DNA of 64,000 nt from Tubiluchus corallicola (lineage: Eukaryota > Animalia > Priapulida): positions 62,001-126,000 of the forward strand of contig JAQGDQ010000034.1 of assembly GCA_030141605.1 (NCBI GenBank), read 5' to 3'. Below, piece by piece: positions 25,312 to 34,900 of the stretch; within the stretch, counting starts at the first letter, position 1, and each line of letters begins with the position of its first letter. Made by a program: the position numbers and the translations under genes. The notes beneath the pieces are model-generated. The model searched no databases. It was not told the DNA's origin and saw nothing but the letters and a program-made list of their open reading frames with translations.

Positions 25312-26202
25312 ATGGAGACTTATTCTTTAGTGTTCAATATAGTAGCTACAGTTGTTGGGATGGTTGCCATAGCAGGAAATATACTTGTGGTAGTTGCCAT
25401 GATAAAATGTCGACAACTGCAATGCTGTCGTAACTACCTGCTCACTTCCCTTGCTGTTTCTGACATGTTATACGGAGTATATATTGTATCTTATCATCTT
25501 AAGTGCGCATCTTCTGGTGCCGTGAGCTTTCTACAGTGTGAAACGTTGTTTACGCTGGCTTTAGATTACTACTGTGGAACCTGCAGTTTTTACAACATAT
25601 GTGCGGTAGCGTGGGAGCAGTATGTTGCTGTCATGCGCCCACTTAAATATCCAGATCTTGTCACACAAAAGACGACCGGCGCGGCAATCATCATCGTGTG
25701 GTCAGTAAGCATCATCATTACTATCATTGTAATGATGAGTTTACGCAACGAGCATAACCAGGCTGAAACCTCGGTAGTATTTTTAGGTGCAACACTTGTA
25801 TTTCATTTCATTCCTGCTGTTATCCTCGTAGCTGTTTACATCAAAATCTGGAGAGAGGCGACGAAACAGTTCAACCGAATAAAAGCACTAAATCAGCTAC
25901 TTCAGTGCGCCGTTGCACAACCACAGAATCTGAACAGCGGAGAACCACAAAATAAAGCTACCACGACAATCGGAATTATACTAATTTCCTTTGTCATATC
26001 ATGGTGGCTGTACACAAGTTGTGTAATTGCTCTAACGCTGTGCCAATGCAATTTGCTGGTGATCTTGAAAATAAGCTACATAGCTATTTATGCAAATTCG
26101 GCTGTGAATTTTCTGGTGTATGCATGGAAAAGCGCAGAGTTCAGACAAGCTTTTCGACACGTTCTAGCGTGTTCACCAAATGCGCGAATGGCGGCATCTT
26201 AG
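25312..26202 (+). CDS. Class A GPCR, paralog 7 (atypical EQY and NFLVY motifs)
   Basis: ATG at 25312; LAVSD, D3.32, AWEQY, FHFIP, CQC, NFLVY; frame intact. Confidence 0.88.
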   Translation: METYSLVFNIVATVVGMVAIAGNILVVVAMIKCRQLQCCRNYLLTSLAVSDMLYGVYIVSYHLKCASSGAVSFLQCETLFTLALDYYCGTCSFYNICAVAWEQYVAVMRPLKYPDLVTQKTTGAAIIIVWSVSIIITIIVMMSLRNEHNQAETSVVFLGATLVFHFIPAVILVAVYIKIWREATKQFNRIKALNQLLQCAVAQPQNLNSGEPQNKATTTIGIILISFVISWWLYTSCVIALTLCQCNLLVILKISYIAIYANSAVNFLVYAWKSAEFRQAFRHVLACSPNARMAAS

Positions 26203-26427
26203 CTAGTAAAAAACTTACTATTATGATCACCATTTCTTTTTGCGAAATTTTGTCATTACTGACAGTATCATTGCTGCAGTTTTTTTGACTGCACTCTAAT
26301 ATTCAAATATTTTTTTAAATTGATGCAGAATCTATAGTTTGAGCATAGACTATCAATATATGATAATAGTTATACCAAAATTTATCTTGTTGCACAGTTT
26401 GGTAGACGATACAGTAATGGATACAAA

Positions 26428-26615
26428 CAGTCAACTATCTTTATACCGCCTACTTTGGGACTGCAAAAAAAGTTGGCACTATAGCGAGCTTGCATTATAG
26501 TGAAGTGCATTAATACACACATGTCTACACAAATATAGATATTTTGTTTTACTAAAAATATGCGCGTTAAACAAGGTTGGCATTATGAAGCAGGTGTTAT
26601 AATGAGGTTCGACTG
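26428..26615. mobile_element. Short pogo/Tigger-like MITE
   Basis: Imperfect TIRs cagtcaactatctttatacc and ggtgttataatgaggttcgactg, followed by TA. Confidence 0.5.
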
Positions 26616-28118
26616 TAGTTTTGTAACTTGTGATTTTGTGCAAGTGAGATACCATTTATAAAAATAATTGTTAATTTAAATATACGTACTAATTACCATT
26701 GAGCACGTGTGTAGTAAGTGAACAGAATGTGCGGAAGACACAATAAATTCGCCATATTACCATGTGGTCATTTGGCTGCAATTTCCGTTTTTCTTTTTTC
26801 TACATGATGTTCCATGTAAGAGCAAAGATGGTTGTGTCTGGGTACTTGTTTGTGGATGTCAAATGTATTTGCCAAATTCATGTCTATGACTTTTGCTTAA
26901 GCTCTCATTTCCTAAAAAGTGAACTTAAGTGCCATGCTTCACTCATGCTATATCTGCTTAACATTGTGAGAGTAATTAACAAAAGAAGAAAGAACTGGCT
27001 TAATACATAATACAGAAAATGAAGTTTATTTGATTGTTATGCACTAAAAGACAAGGAAAAATATAATGACTGTAATAGAATTGGTGGCTTGTGGAATTTG
27101 TTAAATGGTGTAAAGCAGGCAATTATGTGTTAGATTTAGACAAGGCTAGAAAGAGACTGACACAGAAGTAACTATTGCAGACAGAAGTGCTGGTGCATTT
27201 GATGGACAAGAATTTTGCAAGTATTGCACCTATTTAGTGCTGTGAATCTAATATTTCTTACTTGTCAATACAATACAATGCAATACAATTAAAATACAAT
27301 ACAATACAATATGGGAATTGTTAGCTGAAGAGTCACTTCACACATTAACCACAAACACACGCATTATATGTATCTAACATCCTTCCTGGTACACATAGTA
27401 GACCTACAATGACAAACACGATCGACCGGGCTACCATACAATTAACAATACGACTACGACAAACTGTTTCTATGACAAACAAAAAATGCTACACAAAATG
27501 TGTGGATCTAATTAACTGTGTATCAACAGTGTTAGATTAAACAAGTCAGCAGACAATCAGCTATAGATAATGAAAGCTTAGTAAACAAACCTTCACATAT
27601 TGCAGATGTTGAAATAAGAAAGCAGTACAAAACCACAATTCAGTCAAAAGAAGCCAAGCAATTCTGCTCTAACTGTGTAATCAATTACACTACATGAAAT
27701 TGTACAGTTACAAGGAAACGCATGCAGACTTCGTGGTCAGGAAGGCTAATAAACATCAGAATAGCAGTTGATGGTTCTGATGATTGCATGCTGAGGTGTT
27801 TTTTTTCGACAGACTGCTCAAGAACTATGCAATCTCTGCATAGAATAGGAAAAATAGCTTCTTTTGTGAGAAGAGGAACAAATATGCACACTAGAAGCCA
27901 ATTTAGCCTTAATGCATAGCCAAAACACCAACAAAATGCCTTTCCAATACATCAAAAGACATTTCGTTATATGTAAATAAGTGGAACAGTTTTCAATCAC
28001 ACTGTGGACTTCAAAAGGAAACATTGTTAGCGTGTTATGCAAAGTTAGCAGATACATAACCATAGCAACAAATGACAGCAGCCTGCGCTGATAAGAAGAT
28101 TTGTACAACTATTGAACC

Positions 28119-28292
28119 TTGGTTATGTGAGATGAAAAACAGGATTGTTTGCAAATCAGATATATTTGCAAGATTGTGAAGTGTATGCAAAGATGGAAAC
28201 ACAACTTTGGTTATGTGAGATGAAAAACAGGACTGTTTGCAAATCAGATATATTTGCAAGATTGTGAAGTGCATGCGAAAATGGAAACACAA
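28119..28292 (+). repeat. 88-bp tandem duplication spanning the paralog 8 start codon
   Basis: ttggttatgtgagatgaaaaacagga...ATGGAAACACAA begins at 28119 and again at 28207. Confidence 0.92.
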
Positions 28293-29228
28293 GTTACAAT
28301 ATTTTATGGCGTAGCGATAGTAATAGGAATGACAGCAACAATGGGGAACCTTCTCGTTGTGATCTCTGTAGCAAAATACTCCAAGTTGAGGTGTTATCGT
28401 AACTATTTCCTTACGTCGCTTGCAGTGGCTGACCTATTGTACGGCATCATTATTACATATCTATCAGTGAGTTGGTTTACAGCAAAACACAGTGGTACTG
28501 TGGGACTGGCGTTGGACTTCTACATCAGTGCATGCAGTTTGTTTAGCCTCTGTGCTATAGCATTGGAGCGATACATTGCCATTATGCAACCACTGCATTA
28601 TCACCGCTTGGTCACAATGAAAACAACGCTTTGGGCAATTGTCATTGTTTGGGTTGTTAGCATAGTTGTTCCTATTAGTGCGTTGTACTCTCACCCCGCA
28701 GAGGATTACGAGACTCTCTTCGTAGAAACATCAACCGGCTTTTTGATAACAACATTACTGTGTCATCTATTACCAGCTGTTGCTATGCTCATTGTGTACT
28801 TCAGAATATGGAGAACAGCAACCAAACAATTTAACCGAATAAAAACAGAGCATCAGCTGAAGAAATCAACCGATGCAAGTCAACTGCAGAACCTACCACA
28901 AACTAGATTAAGGCAAACAGAACTGGAAAATAAAGCTACTACAACCATTGGCATTCTTTTGTTCGCGTTTGCACTATCGTGGTTGTTTTATGTACTTATG
29001 GTAATTGTACAAGCACTGTGTAATTGTCAAGTAACTTGGTTACTGCAAATTAGTTTTTTATTTTTGTATACAAATTCTGCCGTAAATCCAATTGTCTATG
29101 CGTGGAGAAACAAGGAATTTCGAACAGCATTTTGCAATCTGCTCACCTGCTCCAAATCACAGGTGACAATGGACAAGACAATGGTACGTGAAAGTTCACA
29201 GTTGCCTAGCAACATCATACAACTGTAA
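28281..29228 (+). CDS. Class A GPCR, paralog 8
   Basis: ATG at 28281; LAVAD, D3.32 (LALDFY), ERY, CHLLP, CNC, NPIVY; longer C-tail. Confidence 0.93.
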   Translation: METQVTIFYGVAIVIGMTATMGNLLVVISVAKYSKLRCYRNYFLTSLAVADLLYGIIITYLSVSWFTAKHSGTVGLALDFYISACSLFSLCAIALERYIAIMQPLHYHRLVTMKTTLWAIVIVWVVSIVVPISALYSHPAEDYETLFVETSTGFLITTLLCHLLPAVAMLIVYFRIWRTATKQFNRIKTEHQLKKSTDASQLQNLPQTRLRQTELENKATTTIGILLFAFALSWLFYVLMVIVQALCNCQVTWLLQISFLFLYTNSAVNPIVYAWRNKEFRTAFCNLLTCSKSQVTMDKTMVRESSQLPSNIIQL

Positions 29229-30262
29229 AATGTATTATTGTGATAACTGGTGATTGAGCAATTGTACAGTCCAGAAAGAAAGTAACTGATGCAGGAAATG
29301 AAAGAGTTAACATACTGACTTGCAAGCAAACTGGTAAAGAATTCAAATTGTTCATTTTTATAATTCCCAATACTAAATGTACTCACTTGCTTTTGTTATT
29401 AAATGTATCTGTGGAGGTACTTTTGTTTATAAGCTGGTAGCCAGCACTCGTTAACTTGATTTAAATTGCTGTAACAAGGTGTAACAGGACTGAAACTTTG
29501 CTCTTTACCAAGCATAACCATCATATATGAAAAAGTTTAAATGTCTTAGTGATCAATGTGTGTACATCAATAAGATAAATAAAATGACAGAGGAAATTCC
29601 TCAGAAACAGTCTTCACAGGCAATTGCCCATTCATTTACTGACCAGATTTGAGGTTGTTCAATATCAGATGCAAAACACACATGATGATCAGTTAGCTAC
29701 TCCCCTTCCCCTTGACATGTATGTAAAATTTTGCGAAAAATATTCTGATACACAATATGACTGTTTACACATTCATTTAGTGGAACATAGAAGCAATCTT
29801 CCAAACAAAAGTAACAGTGGCAATGTTGTCTAAACCAACACAGTTTATGCACGACACAAATAATTAACAACCAATACTAAAACCATGTGATTGTAATAGC
29901 AGTTTTAATATGTAAGTGTCCATTTTGACTGAAATAAGTAGAAATCTTAGAACACACTTCCTTGCAAGCAATAAACACCTCAAAGCCACTACAACGTCAT
30001 AGCACTTTTAAGGTTTAATTGTCTGGCTTTGATTGAAGCAATATGGACATGTCTGAATACACATTCGACTTGTAGCAAATTAGTAGGTCCCATCTGGTAT
30101 TTTTACTAATGATTGACAGGGAAGCTAGTACATTTCTCTGAGCAGCTCGTATTTACTACCTAACTGACTCTTGCATTTGTGGAGCATTTCTATCTGATAA
30201 CTGACACATATACATATTGTGAAAGGAAAAATACGCATCTCTGACAGCTTAAATATGTAGTA

Positions 30263-30717
30263 CCGTATTTTCCCGTGTATAAGAGACCCTTTTTTGCTCA
30301 GAATTTTCACTTTAAAAATAGGGGGTCTCTTATACATGGGAGTAAGTCTTTTCAATAAGATGCATAAATTGTGACACTAATGATTTTAAAGAAATAAGTG
30401 CTCTACAACTGTTTTGCGTGTCGCGTTCGACTATGAAGCGGTTGTAAGCAATACAAGCATCGTGACACAGGCATTATCTCCTCGTTTTCTCTTTTCCTGT
30501 TACAGGTTTGCAGGTACGCACTTTAATATATACCAGTACTCTTTTTCTACAACACATTAACTGGTTTTATTTTGTTTTCAGTACCGCACTGAGTTGAAAA
30601 AAGTTGTACTTTACCCTCTAAAAATGTCCGTCTGAAAAAACTTTTTTCCAGAATTTTTGCCTAAAAATTGAAGGGGTCTCTTATACACAAGGGTCTCTTA
30701 TACACGGGAAAATACGG
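30263..30717. mobile_element. Tc1/mariner-pogo-type MITE with TA TSD
   Basis: Perfect TIR CCGTATTTTCCCGTGTATAAGAGACCC at both ends, flanked by TA (30261-62, 30718-19); internal GGGTCTCTTATAC repeats. Confidence 0.92.
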
Positions 30718-30895
30718 TATTTGCTTTCTCGGCGTTAGAAGTGTTTGCTGTTACCGCTTGTATGAAATGCTAATTGCAGATATGACTAGTGCCTTTGCAA
30801 CGATGTGAACGGCCAAGAAGCAAATAAATGGAATATACTTCTTTTATATGTAAATTACAACTCAATTCAAAAAACCAAAAGAAAAGTATAAAACC

Positions 30896-30932
30896 GTCCA
30901 AATGTTTCGACTGGTGGTCATCGTCTGTGGAC
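30896..30932 (-). ncRNA. Degenerate minimal type I hammerhead ribozyme (Penelope-like relic)
   Basis: gtcca CAGACGA t gac cacca gtc GAAAC ATT tggac: stems I and II intact, core mutated (CUGA to CAGA; AACGUU to AACAUU). Confidence 0.45.
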
Positions 30933-31947
30933 TGATTTGTATTTTTAGTAAGAAAAGATATTCACTGTGCCTGCTTATAGGAATAAAGAGAAAGTTGTTT
31001 TAGGTGTTTAACTCCAAGCTGCTAAAGACAGGGAGGAGGAGGAGGCAGTCTCACCCAGGCAGCACTTTTCAAAGGGCAGCACTTTGATTAAGTGCAATGG
31101 AAAAGCTGATTTTGACAGAAAGTAGAAAGGTTTAACACCTGACACAATTTCATTTTCTGGGAAAATGCCTTAAGCCAAAAGTTTGTGATAAAGGAAGATG
31201 ACAATTAGTTCCTTAATATCTTTGTGTTGCATTTGAGTTGCAACTATGATTGCTTACTACAGATGTACAGGGGTGACGTATTTTTGAAACCAATCAGACA
31301 TGCTTTTTCCTATGCCTCATCTACAAAGACATTTTTGTCACTGTCACTCAATCCGATCCTCAAATGATCACAAGAGACAATTTTTGCCACTTCTCACCCA
31401 TTCCAATCACAAATCTATCACCCTGAAGACTTTTCAGCATTGATCCTACAATTTCTTTTCGGCTTCCACACTTCTTCAATGTAAAACACATTAACAAAGC
31501 CAATCCAAAGGAATGAAGAAGAATTATATATTGGTTTAGTCTGCTAAGGAGCTGTACAAAATGTTTACAAAAGTTAAGTCAAACATCAGTCACTAGTCTC
31601 TAAACAAAAGAAATATACATGGATGAGTGGTTTGTGATAAAAGTAAACATATGAGTGTTCTTTGATCAAGGTAAAATAACCACTAGTATCATAGATCATC
31701 GAACCCATGGGCAGGTTATCAACGGATATCTCTGTCACGGTCAAACCACAATACAAAAAAATGACAGACATTATTTGAATGCAATCCACTTTAGCTTTGT
31801 TAACTCTTCGCATCGCACAGGCGCCGGTTTGCAAATGTTCGGGTCACGGGCCCCTACTTCAACTGCTCAGCAGCAGTTTAATCTTTTTAAAATTTATGTA
31901 AAGGAAAAACTCATTCTTAACCGTAATTTAAGAAACTTAAGACTCAC

Positions 31948-34900
31948 CAAATGCTGTTTCAAATACTCTGTGACCTGTGTTTCCTTCCATATAATACGTT
32001 GACTGAAAAACAGAAGGTTATTAGATTTTACCATCAATGCATTTAAAATTTATCTGGAATTTAACTAGGTGCAACTCGACTAACCATGAGATAGTTAGAA
32101 GAAGCCTAATGTTGTTGAAGCCTTTCTATTTTTACAACTATTATTATCATCCCCACAGAATTCAACAAAAACTCTGGACGAAAAGACAACTTATCAGACT
32201 CAATATTACCTATGTTTTGTTCAGTTAAAACAGTGGAATAGGGTGTCTCTTGCAAATTAGTTTAAACATTGTCTGCTCTGTGGAGCTGTGACTATAGTGG
32301 ATGTTTGCAAGTTGCAATTTCACACTCAGCGTGCTTGAGATCAAAAGTGGTGCTGACAAGTCACAGGAAGGGCCAGATTATGATCTTTTGGGGCCCCTAG
32401 GCTAAAGAAATTATGGTATCCCATAGACGGAGCCACCTTCTAATTTGCTCACTTACGCCTCGAATATTTTTTACTTGCGATATGTTTTAGAAACATTTGC
32501 ATAGCTGGGGGCCCCCACATTTCAAATAAAGGGCTTCAAAAAGGGACTCTTATCTCAAATAAAGGGTCTCAAACAAGGGCCCTTTGCCTGAAACAAAAGG
32601 CCTCAAACAGGGACACTTTATTTAAATGAGGAGCCACTTTAAAATTGGACTTTCAGACTTTTTTAAAGTTGAAATTTTATTTTAAGTTATGTGAATTATT
32701 CAGCAATGCAACATATTTGCCCCCAACCTTGAGTGCAGGGCCTTAGGGTGCAGCCCATACTAGTCTATATGATAATCCAGCCCTGACCACTGGCATAACA
32801 GCATCTAATTTTTTGCTGGAATACTGCTGTGTTTACCTGTCTTTTGATGGCAGATTTCTTTTATTTTAGAATTCCGCCTATCCAATGTCTACAAGAGACA
32901 TGACAGGCATATGATGATGATGACGAGACGAGAACCAATGAGAAAATTTACCAATACAAGTAACTGACGCAGCACAACCTTTGCCAACAAACACAATTAC
33001 AACATGAGGTAAACGAAGTCACACAAAAACACATTTGTTTACTTGCAGTTGCTACCCTGTGCTTTAATTACAACACTGTTTTAATGAAACACTTGTAAGT
33101 TAAAAACAAGCTAAACACTTGATAACAACACCCACCCACGCCACACACATCGCACATAAATTCCAATGATACAGCCAAGTTCATTCCTGTTCTGCTTACA
33201 CCCACTTTTAAAATGAGAATTGCTGTGTGTTTTGTGTGTGTGTGTATTTTATCTTTGCATGACGCACTGTTACTCATTAAATCGAAGCTAAAGCTTCGTT
33301 AAATTTGCTAAAAAATTAGTATATCATAGCAGTAAGTTAGTTTCATTGTTGCTAGCACACTGTTCACTCCAATTATAAATAGAACTATATAAAATTAAAA
33401 AATGGAATTAAGTTCTTAGTGAAGCTATGCAAACAAAAAATACAATCATTGCTATTCATACGCATGGAAGAGTTTTATTAAATTGAACAAGTTTACACTG
33501 ATACGAAATTGTAAAATTGCTTATGATTTTGTAAGGGCAAAAATCAATATGATATTTTAAGATGTGTAGAAAACATCTGTGGCTGTTTCTGGAACACTTT
33601 TTTCAGGTACCCTTTAGCTGCATCTACATGTACTATTGTTTACATTCTTCAGCATCTACACTTATCTACATCTACTCTCTTTGCATAACATCTACTTCAT
33701 CTGCTTTGCATGTTTCGCGTAATTCGTGTGTGGCAAGATTGATGTTACATTAATGAAGGACACCGACTATGACAAGTTTTGACAGCTTAATTTTCCATGA
33801 GCAATAACAACCTACTATTAACCTTTACACTGCTTTTCACTTTTGCAAACGTCTGTAAACAAAATCACCAGGCAATTATTAATTAATTGTTACATGTAGT
33901 ACCACGGCAAATTCAACAATTTCATTGTTAGCCTATTTATTGATTGAGTGATTGGCCTGACAAACGTTTAATAAACAGAACCATAAAACATGCATGTGAG
34001 TAAATAGTTTGACAATTTTTCCCTTATAACAATTATTGCATCAACATCTATTAAAGCTATTTTCTTTAAAAATGCTTTGTTTTGAGTATTACGTCCACTT
34101 AGCAATGCCTGGTTGGCATCACGTTTCCATTGACACTGTACAAATTGTTTACTGTCCGAACATGGTGTCTTACAAGTCAGCAATGTTAACATAAAAATAT
34201 TCTAATTTTAATCATTATTAACTATTTAGCATACTCACACATTTCATTTAACATTCATAAGTTTTGTCGCTGTTGGTTTGCATGCATTTTCATTATTTTT
34301 CCAAATTTTCATTTCTTTTATTCCTGTATTATTGCAAATGTCTTAGATTTCGTTCTTACATTGAAAAGGAGTCACTTGTATATTTTGTTTGAGCATCGTG
34401 TAACAAACACTGTAGATAACTGTACAGCTGAATTTTACTTCTATTTTTTTGCGTTAAAATTATAGTGTACATAAGGTGCAGATATTTTAAAACGAAAACT
34501 ATTTAGAATTAATTTTATAACATTTTTTCCAGTTATAAATAAATCTATTTATAGAAAACAGGATTAATTTTCAGCGATATTTGTTTAGAAACTGTTTGTC
34601 TAATGCTTTCAACTAATATACCAGCAGCACAAGCAATGCACATGACTTTTGTGCAAAATAGTATCAAAATTTCTTATTTCACAGCTAGATACTGAAACAG
34701 AACATTAGAACATAACTGTAGCAAGTTCGACAGCATCATTGTATCTATTATTTTATGCAAAATGTGTAATACTGAATTCAGAGAAAAATAAATGCAATAA
34801 AAAAACATAAAATGTTTGATTTATCCGTGTTAAGCGTTATCAATTTTTGCACTAGGAACATTTCACTTACCACCGTATTTTGCTGGGAATGCATTATCTT

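Noticed and set aside
4755-29228. Assigning a named receptor (adenosine, histamine H2, TAAR, adrenergic)
   Set aside because: The motif set is mixed and no orthology can be shown by eye, so gene symbols are left blank.
31680-31735. Possible degenerate next UPB1 exon (EISVDNLPMGSMIY) after a CAG
   Set aside because: Only faint similarity to IAVNICYGRHHP and no catalytic Cys; cannot be supported without alignment statistics.
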